Positions 50,861-60,225 of a DNA stretch of 64,000 bases are shown piece by piece (positions within the stretch are counted from its first letter, which is position 1; every line of letters starts with the position of its first letter). The stretch comes from Pseudomonadota bacterium (lineage in GTDB: Bacteria; Desulfobacterota; Desulfobacteria; Desulfobacterales; JBDRRP01): NCBI GenBank assembly GCA_043825735.1, contig JBDRRP010000022.1, positions 1 through 64,000 of the forward strand. The letters are read 5' to 3'. A model generated the notes under the pieces. That model did not search any database and was not told the DNA's origin. It saw nothing but the letters and a program-made list of their open reading frames with translations. The position numbers and the translations under genes are program-made.

Positions 50861-52021
50861 ATGAACGCTCGAAATGCCGTGTCAGCGACAGCGCTCAGCC
50901 TCATCAGCGCCCAGTACTTCCTCTACTTTGGCGTGATGGGCGTCTTTCTTCCCTATTTTAACCTCTACTGCTACCATCTCGGGTTCAGCGGATTTCAGAT
51001 CGGCAGTCTGTCGGCCATCCGCAGCCTGACCATGGTGGTTTTTTCCATCATGTGGGGGATTCTCGCCGACCGCTACCGGGCGCGGCGTGCGATCTACATC
51101 GGCTGTCATGTTGCCAGCGCCGTTATCTGGGGCGGGTTTTTGATGACCAGTGATTTTTCGGCGATGGTGTTTCTGACCATTGCCTACGGGCTGTTTTATG
51201 CCCCGCTCATCAGTTTTCTGGAAGCGTTCGCCATGGACGCCCTCGGCAGTGAAAAGCGGCACTACGGCCGCCTTCGGGCATGGGGATCCATCAGTTTTAT
51301 CGCCACCGTCATTCTCGTGGGGCGTCTCATCGACGCGCGCGGCACCGGCAGCATCCTCGGGTTGATCCTGGCGGGCTCTCTGGCGCTGGCGGTGGTCGCC
51401 ACCGGCGTGCGGCGGTTGCCCCAGATATCAACACCGTTGTCCGGCGGCCTTCGAATCCGCGCGTTTTTAACCCCTCCCATCCGGACCTTTCTGCTGTGTG
51501 CCTTTCTCATGCTCTTCAGCCACGGGGCTTATTACGGTTTTTTCTCCATTCATCTTGAAATGCTGGGTTTCGACAAGACCTTCGTGGGCGTGTGCTGGGC
51601 CGTGGCGTCGGGGGCGGAAATTCTCGTGATGATCTTCTCTCGGCGGATTTTCGAGCGGTTCTCGATGGACCGGGTGCTGCTGGTCAGTTTTGCCGTGGCG
51701 GTCCTGCGCTGGGTGGTGCTGGCCGTTATCGATGGGGCGGCCGCCATCGTGCTTGCCCAGGTGCTGCACGCCGTGACCTATGGGGCCTTTCACATCGCCA
51801 GCATCCTCTATGTGGACAGTTGCGCCGATGCTGCGGTGAAAACCGTGGGCCAGGCCATCAACAACGCCATCACTTACGGCCTCGGCCTCATGGCCGGTTT
51901 TCTCTTCAGCGGCTGGATGGTGGCCGCCGTGGGGATCCCGGGGCTGTTCTGGATCAGCGGCGGCGTGGCGGCTGCGGCGGGGATTATTTTTTTTGTTCAG
52001 CAGCGCGGTGAAGCGGTTTAG
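50861..52021 (+). CDS. MFS transporter (MFS_1_like / HcaT-like)
   Basis: WGILADRY, YGRLRAWGSI and QVLHAVTYG motifs; about 12 transmembrane segments. Confidence 0.9.
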   Translation: MNARNAVSATALSLISAQYFLYFGVMGVFLPYFNLYCYHLGFSGFQIGSLSAIRSLTMVVFSIMWGILADRYRARRAIYIGCHVASAVIWGGFLMTSDFSAMVFLTIAYGLFYAPLISFLEAFAMDALGSEKRHYGRLRAWGSISFIATVILVGRLIDARGTGSILGLILAGSLALAVVATGVRRLPQISTPLSGGLRIRAFLTPPIRTFLLCAFLMLFSHGAYYGFFSIHLEMLGFDKTFVGVCWAVASGAEILVMIFSRRIFERFSMDRVLLVSFAVAVLRWVVLAVIDGAAAIVLAQVLHAVTYGAFHIASILYVDSCADAAVKTVGQAINNAITYGLGLMAGFLFSGWMVAAVGIPGLFWISGGVAAAAGIIFFVQQRGEAV

Positions 52022-52030
52022 GTGGGGGGT

Positions 52031-52163
52031 ACACGGACACACGGACGAACACGGACGGTCACGGACTGACACGGACAACAGCAAAACAGCCGATGCCCCA
52101 GGCCCCTGTCCGTGACCGTCCGTGTTCGTCCGTGTCAGTCCGTGTGTCCGTGCCAGTCCGTGT
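52031..52163 (+). repeat. CACGGAC-periodic inverted-repeat element, copy A
   Basis: 5x CACGGAC (52032-52076), 31-nt loop AACAGCAAAACAGCCGATGCCCCAGGCCCCT, 6x GTCCGTG (52108-52162); between convergent genes. Confidence 0.95.
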
Positions 52164-52176
52164 CACGCCTTGCCCT

Positions 52177-53469
52177 TCAACCCCACCGCATCAAAATGAA
52201 AAAATAGACCAGACTGCCGATCACCAACACGAGGCACGGTCGCCACAGGTATCGATAGACGGGCCCCAGCCCGGTGCCAAAATAGGTGTTTGACAGCAGC
52301 AGGCAAAGATGCAGCGGGGACAGCAGCACGCCGGCGAATCCGCCGGCAAGCCCCAGCATCATGTAGGCCAGCATATGATCGCTCGCCCCGGTGGCTGTGA
52401 CCAGAGAGATGATGATGGGAAAGGCGGCGCCGACGAAGGCGATGGTAATGCCTACCACCAGGCCCACGATGAAGGGCAGCACCACCGCGATGGCCACCAG
52501 CGGCACCTGCCAGCGCATCAGCTCGCCGTTGACGGCGCCCACCGCCCGGCTATCCAGCATCACCCCCTTGAAGATCAGAATGGCCGAGACCATGTAGACC
52601 ATGGCCAGCAGCTCCTTTTGAAACACGATCCGTCGAATCGTCGCCGGCTGGAGATCATTGACCCACCAGACCCAGCCGATGGCGCCAGCCAGGGCGATGA
52701 TGAGCCCCAACTCCTTGGCTACCGCGGCGCCCCGGCCCACCAGCAGCCCTTCCAACAGGTTTCCCAGCACGATGCCGGGCACGATGGCGATGAGCACCGG
52801 CGCCAGCTCCTTGAGAAACGGGATCACCAATGCACGTCGCGGCTGTTCCGCTATCGCCGCGCCATTGGCGGGCATCATCCGGCGCAGGTTCAGGTATCCG
52901 GCGACGGTGGCGACGACGGTGAGGGGAAAGAGCGTCAGCACAAAGGTCCACAGGTCAATGCCGGCCAGGGCCGTGGTGAGGAGCACCCCCGGGTAAAGTG
53001 GCCACCAGTATTCCCACAGATGGCGGAACCAGTAATTGATAAAGCTCAACTGGGGACCGGACAATCCGCTGCGTCCACCGATGTTCTTAACCATGGGTGC
53101 AGAGAAAATGGCCCCGCCGGGCATGGGCAGCAGCCCGATCAGGGCCGGAAAGATGACGATGTTGAGCCGGGGGCTTTTGATCAGCCCGGCGAACCGCTCC
53201 AGAAGGCGGCCCATCTGCCCTGTTTTTTCAAGGCTGTGGCTGAGCACCAGGATCAGTGACACCACCAGGGACAGAGACAGTGTCTTTGGATCCACCAGCG
53301 CGCTGCCGGCGGCGACGATGACGGCGCCGGGGGTCATGCCGAAGACCATCCCCAGCACCGCCGCTCCGATAACGAAGGCGTTGCCCAGCGAGAGCTTGAA
53401 ACGGATGAGGGTCAGGATGAGGCCGAAGATCAGAAAAACCCGCACAACGGCGGGGATGGTTTCCAGCAT
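52177..53469 (-). CDS. DUF401 family membrane protein
   Basis: PALIGLLPMPGGAIFSAPMV, INYWFRHLWEYWWPLYPG and SPLHLCL motifs. Confidence 0.88.
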   Translation of the reverse strand: MLETIPAVVRVFLIFGLILTLIRFKLSLGNAFVIGAAVLGMVFGMTPGAVIVAAGSALVDPKTLSLSLVVSLILVLSHSLEKTGQMGRLLERFAGLIKSPRLNIVIFPALIGLLPMPGGAIFSAPMVKNIGGRSGLSGPQLSFINYWFRHLWEYWWPLYPGVLLTTALAGIDLWTFVLTLFPLTVVATVAGYLNLRRMMPANGAAIAEQPRRALVIPFLKELAPVLIAIVPGIVLGNLLEGLLVGRGAAVAKELGLIIALAGAIGWVWWVNDLQPATIRRIVFQKELLAMVYMVSAILIFKGVMLDSRAVGAVNGELMRWQVPLVAIAVVLPFIVGLVVGITIAFVGAAFPIIISLVTATGASDHMLAYMMLGLAGGFAGVLLSPLHLCLLLSNTYFGTGLGPVYRYLWRPCLVLVIGSLVYFFILMRWG

Positions 53470-53531
53470 GGGGCGGCTCCCTTTACAAGCGGTGAGAAAA
53501 GCCCGTGTTTAGCAGAGCTTTGGCAATGAAA

Positions 53532-53567
<36 letters not shown>

Positions 53568-53716
53568 CACGGACTGACACGGACGAACACGGACGGTCAC
53601 GGACAACTTCGCATCGTCAAAATATCGGCAGTTCTGTTTTTGTCCGTGTTCGTCCGTGCCGGTCCGTGTCAGTCCGTGTTCGTCCGTGTTCGTCCGTGTC
53701 AGTCCGTGTGTCCGTG
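53568..53716 (-). repeat. CACGGAC-periodic inverted-repeat element, copy B
   Basis: 4x CACGGAC, 37-nt loop, 8x GTCCGTG; overlaps the 3' end of the MBL gene and supplies its stop codon. Confidence 0.95.
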
Positions 53717-54613
53717 CCCCCCACCCCCCCGCCGGTACACCCCTCCCGCTTCAGCAACAACCCCCGCCGCCACCAACCGCTCCAGATGCTTTCCCATGAT
53801 GGCCCCTTCGGCATACCGGTAAAAATCGATGGGTTCCCTGGCCTTGCGGTAGACGATCCAGTGGTCAACGATCGCTTCAAGGGAGCGTGGTTCGGCTAAG
53901 GCATCGAGAAGCTTTTCCTCACGGGTGCCGATGACTCCGAGGTAGTCGTCCCACAGGGCGGGGGGGGCTTCGGTGAAAAGGCCCGTTTCGTGGCAGGTCA
54001 GCCATGCCCGGGCCGGAAGCTGCCGCAGGCGCTCAACCGATGCGATGGTCTCGGCGATGCTCGAATCCCGGTCGCCGTACCATGGACCGAAGGCGGTGAG
54101 GTCATAGTCGCCGAGGAAGAGCACGCCGGGTTCCCTGAAGTAGAAGCACAGGTGCCCGGGCGTGTGTCCCGGGGTGTGAAGGACGTCCACCGTGACCGAG
54201 GAGAGGCGGATGGTGTCGCCGCCGGTGAGATCGGGCCGCGGCCGTCTCGGGCGGAAATGAAACGCGTCGGTGACGATGGCCGCGAACTGCTCCCGGAAGG
54301 CGGGCTGCGTAATGCCGTAGGCATCGAGAAAGGCTTCCATGCCAGCCAGCGGAGGCGCATCGGCCGGATGAATCCGCACCGGCAGGTCCTCGAAGAGATC
54401 CAGGTGCATGAAATGGTCTTCGTGCCAGTGGCTGAGCCAGACTTCGCGGACCCCGTCTTTTTCCCGCAGACGCTTGAGACGATCCCGGTCGCCAGCCGGA
54501 TCGATGAGGATGCCGTCGCCCTCGATGTACACCGAGTGGCAGTGAGGGTATTTGCCCCGGTTGGGGCCGGGGATGAAGCGGACGGGGCCGAAGCGGGTTT
54601 CTTCCATTGTCAT
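53699..54613 (-). CDS. MBL-fold metallo-hydrolase
   Basis: SHWHEDH, TPGHTPGH, LGDYD and TCHE motifs. Confidence 0.92.
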   Translation of the reverse strand: MTMEETRFGPVRFIPGPNRGKYPHCHSVYIEGDGILIDPAGDRDRLKRLREKDGVREVWLSHWHEDHFMHLDLFEDLPVRIHPADAPPLAGMEAFLDAYGITQPAFREQFAAIVTDAFHFRPRRPRPDLTGGDTIRLSSVTVDVLHTPGHTPGHLCFYFREPGVLFLGDYDLTAFGPWYGDRDSSIAETIASVERLRQLPARAWLTCHETGLFTEAPPALWDDYLGVIGTREEKLLDALAEPRSLEAIVDHWIVYRKAREPIDFYRYAEGAIMGKHLERLVAAGVVAEAGGVYRRGGGGHGHTD

Positions 54614-54756
54614 ACCTTTTTGCCACTCTGTTTGAGGGCCACGTCCGAAGCCACCTTGTCGATGGCCGGTACGAAATCGTATTCCTGCATGTTTCCCGGC
54701 GCCAGGGTGCCATCGAAGTCGTAGGCGATGGCAAGGGGGATGCGTTTTCGGGTCAT
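54610..54756 (-). pseudogene. HAD-hydrolase remnant (48 aa), probably internally deleted; not in the ORF track
   Basis: MTRKRIPLAIAYDFDGTLAPGNMQEYDFVPAIDKVASDVALKQSGKKV*; HAD motif I (DFDGT), GGAGG RBS, ATGA coupling to the MBL gene. Confidence 0.75.
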
Positions 54757-54871
54757 CGGTGCGATGCCTCCCTGGGGTTCACCCATTAACGGCCGGTGAG
54801 CCGCTTATACAACAGCCTGCATTCATTTCTCATTAGCACAACACAGTGTCATCGGCGAAATGTTCACAGCG

Positions 54872-55630
54872 TTATGACCGCGATTTTCGCTGTGCGGTTC
54901 TCACCCGGTAGAGGCGCTCAGTGAAGCCGCCCTGATTTTCAAAGTCCTTGGCCTGGGCCGCCACCTGGCGGTCAAGGAGGTGGCCGCACAGGTTGATCAG
55001 CGAGAGGGCGGCGTTGGCGACGAGGACGGGGTAGGGGGCGGGGCGGTTTATAGTCGGTGGCGGTATGGTGGGTTGAGGCGTTTGGTAGGGCACACGGACC
55101 GACACGGACGAACACGGACGGTCACGGACCGGTGCCGGTGCATCGTGGGTTTTGCTGTTGTCCGTATCAGTCCGTGTCGGTCCGTGTCCGTCCGTGTGTC
55201 CGTGTTCGTCGGTGTGTCCATGCCTCCCGGGGCGCCTTCTCTCAGCCATAACCCAACACCGGATATCCTCCAAACTGGCACACCGCCTTTTCTTAAACCG
55301 CACCAGTGCCGGATGATCCGGCGCCCAAGGCGTCTCGCCGCGCTGCCGGAGATAGTCCTCGTAGTCCAGCCGCAGCTCTTCCAGACTGGCTCTTGCGACA
55401 TTTGTCAGCTTGATTTCGAATTTTTTCGACGTACCCGAGGCCTGGCTACCCTCGGCGATGTTCTGCACGCCGCTGCGGGCCGCCTGAACCATCTGGTCGT
55501 GGGTGCGGCTGAACCGGTCGATATAGCGGTCGCAGAACTGCACCGTCAGATCATAAATGAGCTGCGCGATCTGAAAGCTCTTCAGCCGGCGATAGCCGCC
55601 GTGTTTCGGGATGAGTTGTTCGGGTGCCAT
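54872..55630 (-). CDS. Four-helix-bundle (23S-IVP/Avd-like) protein with four-helix-bundle suffix domain and a repeat-encoded linker
   Basis: LIPKHGGYRRLKSFQ, RTHDQMVQAARSGVQNIAEGS and ARASLEELRLDYEDYLRQ; suffix ANAALSLIN..LLDRQ..F..GGFTERLY. Start ATG 55630 with AGGGA RBS. Confidence 0.9.
   Translation of the reverse strand: MAPEQLIPKHGGYRRLKSFQIAQLIYDLTVQFCDRYIDRFSRTHDQMVQAARSGVQNIAEGSQASGTSKKFEIKLTNVARASLEELRLDYEDYLRQRGETPWAPDHPALVRFKKRRCASLEDIRCWVMAERRRPGRHGHTDEHGHTDGHGPTRTDTDNSKTHDAPAPVRDRPCSSVSVRVPYQTPQPTIPPPTINRPAPYPVLVANAALSLINLCGHLLDRQVAAQAKDFENQGGFTERLYRVRTAQRKSRS
55093..55222 (-). repeat. CACGGAC-periodic inverted-repeat element, copy C (in-frame inside the four-helix-bundle gene)
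   Basis: 4x CACGGAC, 30-nt loop, 7x GTCCGTG-like units; encodes HGHTDEHGHTDGHGPTRTDTDNSKTHDAPAPVRDRPCSSVSVRV. Confidence 0.95.
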
Positions 55631-55800
55631 GTCGTTCCCTGAAATGTGTATGGTTGCCATTTGGGTATCGGGTTGAAGCCTGTTGATGTGCCCTGGCAGA
55701 GAGGATGGCATGAACGGCGGGAGGGAAGGCCGCTCGGGCTTGCGGGGAGGGATGATAGATGGCGATGACTGTAGCACATTGTAGACCAAAAAAACAACAA

Positions 55801-55938
55801 CACGGACACACGGACGGACACGGACGGACACGGACGGTCACGGACAGTGGCCGGTGCATCGTGGGTTTTGCAGTTGTCCGTGCCAGTCCGTGTCGGTCCG
55901 TGTTCGTCCGTGTGTCCGTGTGTCCGTGTTCATCCGTG
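55801..55938 (-). repeat. CACGGAC-periodic inverted-repeat element, copy D (upstream of the four-helix-bundle gene)
   Basis: 5x CACGGAC, 30-nt loop 26/30 identical to copy C, 7x GTCCGTG-like units. Confidence 0.95.
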
Positions 55939-56031
55939 CCGGCCAGTTTAACGCGCTGGCTTTGACAATCCCGTAATTCTCGCATATACGCCCTATCACT
56001 GGACATTCGCCCATTGGTGACGACATTATCG

Positions 56032-56062
56032 GGCACCCCGACAACGGGGTGCCGTATTTTTT
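56032..56062 (+). terminator. Terminator-like hairpin in the typA leader
   Basis: GGCACCCCG-ACAA-CGGGGTGCC followed by GTATTTTTT, 20 nt before the typA ATG. Confidence 0.55.
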
Positions 56063-56082
56063 GGTGAGAAGGACAATCAATC

Positions 56083-57921
56083 ATGACCCAGACGCGCAGT
56101 ACCAACGACAAGATCCGCAACATCGCCATCATTGCCCACGTTGACCACGGAAAGACCACACTGGTGGACGCCATGTTCCGGCAGAGCGGGCTTTTTCGTG
56201 CCAATCAGGCGGTGGACGAACGCGTCATGGACTCCATGGACCTGGAGCGCGAACGGGGCATCACCATTGCCGCCAAGAACTGCTCGGTGGTGTGGAAAGG
56301 GGTCAAGATCAACATCATCGACACGCCGGGCCATGCCGATTTTGGCGGCGAGGTGGAGCGGGCGCTGTCCATGTCCGATGGCGCCCTGCTGCTGGTGGAC
56401 GCTTCGGAAGGGCCGCTGCCCCAGACCCGGTTCGTTCTGGAAAAGACTTTTGCCGCGGGGCTGCCGGTCCTTGTGGTGATCAACAAGATCGATCGGCACG
56501 ACGCACGGCCGGCGGCAGTCCTTGATGAGATCTACGATCTGTTTATTGACCTGGACGCCAACGAGACTCAGCTTGATTTCCCGCACATTTACGCCATCGG
56601 CCGCGATGGTGTGGCCCAGAAAACACCCGGGGAAAAAGGCGAGAACCTCCACATTCTTTTAGACACCATCCTTGAGGTGATGCCCCCGCCGGTGTTTGAC
56701 ACGGCGGCGCCGTTTCAGATGCTGGTCTCCGATCTGGGGTATTCAGACTACCTGGGTCGATTGGCCGTGGGCAAGGTGGTCAACGGCCAGGCCCACAATC
56801 ACGACGCCCTGGTGTGTGTCGGGGTCGGTGGTCGCCAGAGGCCGCTCAAGGTCACCCGGCTGCAGACTTACACCGGCATCGCATTAGAACCCGTGGAGAT
56901 GGCCGCCCCTGGTGACATTATCGTGCTCTCGGGGATCGAAGACGTGAAGATCGGCGACACCATCTGTACCCAGGCGGCCCCGCGAGCGCTCAAGCGGATC
57001 ACGGTGGACGAGCCCACGGTGAGTATGCGCTTTACCATCAATACCAGCCCCTATGCCGGCCGGGAGGGCCGCTACGTGCAGTCGAGCAGGATTCGCGAGC
57101 GCCTGTTCAAGGAAACGCTGAGAAACGTGGCTATCCAGGTCGAGGAAACCGGCAACCGTGAAGAGTTTATCGTCAAGGGGCGCGGCGAGTTCCAGATGGC
57201 CATTCTGATCGAAACCATGCGCCGGGAGGGTTTTGAGCTGACAGTCGGGCGACCCGAAGTGATTTTCAAGACCGGGGCCGACGAGGTCAAAAAAGAGCCT
57301 ATGGAAAAACTCTTTATCGATTGTGAGGACTGCTTCATGGGGGTGGTGGCCGAAAAACTCTCCAGCCGCAAGGGGCAGATGATCTCTCTGGTCAACCACG
57401 GCACCGGCCGGGTGCGCATGGAGTTTTCCATCCCTTCCCGGGCGCTGATCGGCTATCGGGACGAATTCCTCACCGATACCAAAGGCACCGGCATCATCAA
57501 CTCGTATTTCGCGGGTTACGACATCTACCGGGGCGATATCCCCAGCCGGTTTACCGGCTCCATTGTCAGCGACCGGCAGGGGGCGGCCGTGGCCTTCGCC
57601 CTGTTCAACCTCGAACCCCGTGGACAGCTTTTCATCCAGCCGGGAGACCTGGTCTACGAGGGGATGGTGTTCGGCGAGCACAATCGCGCCACCGACATCA
57701 ATGCTAATCCCTGCAAGGAAAAGAAGCTCACCAATATGCGCGCCTCCGGCCGGGACGAAAACGTCATCCTCTCGCCGGTTAAACCCATTACCCTGGAGCG
57801 TGCGCTGCACTTCATCCGGGAGGACGAGATGGTGGAAGTCACGCCAAAGTCCATCCGTCTGAGAAAGACCGTGCTCAACGCCAAAGAGCGCCACCGCCTG
57901 CGTCCCCGGGCGACGGAGTAG
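56083..57921 (+). CDS. typA: Translational GTPase TypA/BipA
   Basis: [52 protein letters not shown] and [11 protein letters not shown] motifs. Confidence 0.98.
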   Translation: MTQTRSTNDKIRNIAIIAHVDHGKTTLVDAMFRQSGLFRANQAVDERVMDSMDLERERGITIAAKNCSVVWKGVKINIIDTPGHADFGGEVERALSMSDGALLLVDASEGPLPQTRFVLEKTFAAGLPVLVVINKIDRHDARPAAVLDEIYDLFIDLDANETQLDFPHIYAIGRDGVAQKTPGEKGENLHILLDTILEVMPPPVFDTAAPFQMLVSDLGYSDYLGRLAVGKVVNGQAHNHDALVCVGVGGRQRPLKVTRLQTYTGIALEPVEMAAPGDIIVLSGIEDVKIGDTICTQAAPRALKRITVDEPTVSMRFTINTSPYAGREGRYVQSSRIRERLFKETLRNVAIQVEETGNREEFIVKGRGEFQMAILIETMRREGFELTVGRPEVIFKTGADEVKKEPMEKLFIDCEDCFMGVVAEKLSSRKGQMISLVNHGTGRVRMEFSIPSRALIGYRDEFLTDTKGTGIINSYFAGYDIYRGDIPSRFTGSIVSDRQGAAVAFALFNLEPRGQLFIQPGDLVYEGMVFGEHNRATDINANPCKEKKLTNMRASGRDENVILSPVKPITLERALHFIREDEMVEVTPKSIRLRKTVLNAKERHRLRPRATE

Positions 57922-57974
57922 TGGCCGCTTTCTCTTAAGGCCCGGCGAGTGGCATTTGCCTTCGTTGGGGCTGC

Positions 57975-58001
57975 GTAGGGGCAACCCCCTGTGGATGCCC
58001 T
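57975..58001 (+). repeat. GTAG-type REP-like hairpin between convergent genes
   Basis: GTAG-GGGCAACC-CCCTGT-GGATGCCC-T. Confidence 0.6.
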
Positions 58002-58080
58002 CAGGGTTTCACGGGGGACGCGCCCTTTGTCTATAGAAAAACGCCGCTCTGGGCCAAAAGATGCCGTTTATGGATGGGCA

Positions 58081-58947
58081 CTACGTAAAGCAGTCGATGG
58101 CAGCGGCGATGAGGCTGGCGGGTTTGATCGGCTTTTTGACGTAGTTGCGGATCCCCAGTGACGCGGCCTCCATGATTTCGCTTTTCTTGGCCGAGGATGT
58201 CAGCACGATGATGGGGCTTGCCGCAGAGGCTTTGCGGATCGCTGCGATGGCATTCAGGCCGCTCATCTGCGGCATCACGAGGTCCATTATGGTGAGGTCC
58301 GGTTTTTCCCTGAGAAAGACCGCCACGGCCTCGTTGCCGTCGGCGGCTTCCACCACCACGCACCCATGGCTCACAAATTCTTTGGCCAGCACCATTCGGA
58401 TGACCCTCGAGTCGTCGGCAACAAGCACTTTTTTTCCCATCAATTGCGTGGCCACCGATTCCTGAAACGTGGCAAACAGGGAGATGGCCTCACCAGCTGC
58501 GGTTAATGTGATGATGTGGTTTTCAATGGCGGTATCTGATGGCTTGGCGTTAGGTACAGCCGCCAGGGGTTTCGCCGGGCTGAGGGTCAGATGCGCCTCA
58601 GTCAGAGCCCACGCTGCGGCCGTCTTTTCCATTACTTCAGCAATGTATTCCTGTACAACCATTGCCGCACCGTTGTCGAATTTCTTAAAGAAGGCCAGCC
58701 CGTGGCCACGGGCAATCAGAGAGGCCAGACGCAAGGCTTTGCGACGGTCGTGCAACCCCAGCGCGAACAGGCCGTAGAGCGGTTTGCCCTTTAGGATAAA
58801 GGGCGCCACCATCCCGGCGACATACAGGCCCATGTCGGTTTGGCGGGTGGCTTTGACCACATAGCTCTCGGTGCGCAGGTGCGCCATGTTCTCGAACACG
58901 CTGACGCACAGCGCCTCAAGCACCAGCAGATGTTTTTCGTAGTGCAT
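58081..58947 (-). CDS. Response regulator with an N-terminal CheX/CheC-like domain
   Basis: C-terminal REC (LVADDS, MDLVMP, KP); the N-terminal domain resembles a degenerate CheX fold. Confidence 0.75.
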   Translation of the reverse strand: MHYEKHLLVLEALCVSVFENMAHLRTESYVVKATRQTDMGLYVAGMVAPFILKGKPLYGLFALGLHDRRKALRLASLIARGHGLAFFKKFDNGAAMVVQEYIAEVMEKTAAAWALTEAHLTLSPAKPLAAVPNAKPSDTAIENHIITLTAAGEAISLFATFQESVATQLMGKKVLVADDSRVIRMVLAKEFVSHGCVVVEAADGNEAVAVFLREKPDLTIMDLVMPQMSGLNAIAAIRKASAASPIIVLTSSAKKSEIMEAASLGIRNYVKKPIKPASLIAAAIDCFT

Positions 58948-59177
58948 GCCAATGATCCTCTTGCGACATGTTGAATGTAGATTGTATCGGTAAAAGTCAC
59001 GGTTACTTTAACGGGAGTCCATCTGCTGATGGGTTATCGTCGCCCCCTCAAATACAGGTGCGTCGGAGCCTTCGGGGATACCTGCAGCCGTTTTGGCCAA
59101 AAACGATGAAATTTTCACTGAAAAAGGCCTGAAATGAAAAAAGACAAAAATAATTGACCAAGAAGCGCGGAAATGAA

Positions 59178-59228
59178 TTGACAATCCTTTTCAGTGCTTA
59201 ATATAGTAGGAAACTACGTACGTAGTTT
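59178..59228 (+). promoter_or_regulatory. Sigma70 promoter with a perfect 18-bp palindromic operator before tetR
   Basis: TTGACA (59178)-N18-TATAGT (59202), then AAACTACGTACGTAGTTT (59211-59228). Confidence 0.75.
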
Positions 59229-59266
59229 ATCAACCACTCAGCCAGCACCATCCGGGAGGCCATATT

Positions 59267-59839
59267 ATGGGCAAGAAAATTCAGATTATCGAGGCAGCCA
59301 CACGACTGTTCGCGACACAAGGGTTCGATGCCACGACGACTAAGGAAATCGTGCATACCGCCGGGGCCACCGAACCGCTCCTGTTTTATCACTTCAAGGG
59401 CAAGGAGGCCCTGTTTACCGAAATCCTGGACGATGTATTCGACCGGTTGAACAAGCGCTTCGATGCACTGCCCCAGCGGACCGACACTCCCTTTGAAAAA
59501 ATCGAGAACCTGATGGGGGTTATGTTGGATTTTGTGACAGAGTGCCCTAATGAAACCAAACTGGTGCTGGCGTCCTGCCCGGCGCGGTTGAAGGAAAACG
59601 CAGAGGCCTGTCGCAGGCGCTACGTTGAATTCCGCGGCAAACTTGAGGACTATATCGGCAAATGCCTCAAGGCCGGCATTCGCAGCAAGGACTTCAGGAA
59701 GGTATCCGTCCCGCAGACGGTTAATATCCTCATTGCCTTGATCAACGGTCTGCTTCGGCAGCAGACCGGCGGCCTTTCCAGCGATCAGGATATACGCGCC
59801 GCGGCAGTTGCTTTCTGCCGTGCAGCCCTGATTTCCTGA
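59267..59839 (+). CDS. TetR/AcrR family transcriptional regulator
   Basis: IIEAATRLFATQGFDATTTKEIVHTAGATEPLLFYHFKGKEAL helix-turn-helix. Confidence 0.93.
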   Translation: MGKKIQIIEAATRLFATQGFDATTTKEIVHTAGATEPLLFYHFKGKEALFTEILDDVFDRLNKRFDALPQRTDTPFEKIENLMGVMLDFVTECPNETKLVLASCPARLKENAEACRRRYVEFRGKLEDYIGKCLKAGIRSKDFRKVSVPQTVNILIALINGLLRQQTGGLSSDQDIRAAAVAFCRAALIS

Positions 59840-60225
59840 CAGCCCCTTTAGCGGCGGCGGCGACCTGCACTGGCTGCCGATCAGCGCTGTGATGCCAAGC
59901 CCCCCGCGGCGCGCGCCCGGGGGGACTGGCGCCTGAAGGTTTGGAATTAATTACGACTTGCCCGCGCACCTGGCGGTGGGAATTTCTGTGCGCGGGCCAC
60001 CGCCCTCCTTGCATCCAGTGCCTTTAGCGGTTACAGTATATGACTTCAAAACCATCCGCTCGGCAGTGGGCGGCGTCATTTTCGATGCCCGTGCGGTGCG
60101 ATGCCGCACAGACCTGACCGGGCTCTGTTTGCGGGCAGACCGGCGTCGGTACCGATTTATCAACGGGGAGGCGTCTTTCTCCCACAAAAACCCTGATCGG
60201 CTTCAGCGCATTGAGCGGAGAAACC

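Noticed and set aside
54872..55938. Diversity-generating retroelement (Avd-like gene with near-duplicate copies C and D as VR/TR)
   Set aside because: There is no reverse transcriptase in the window, the C/D differences are not confined to adenines, and both copies belong to a four-member repeat family.
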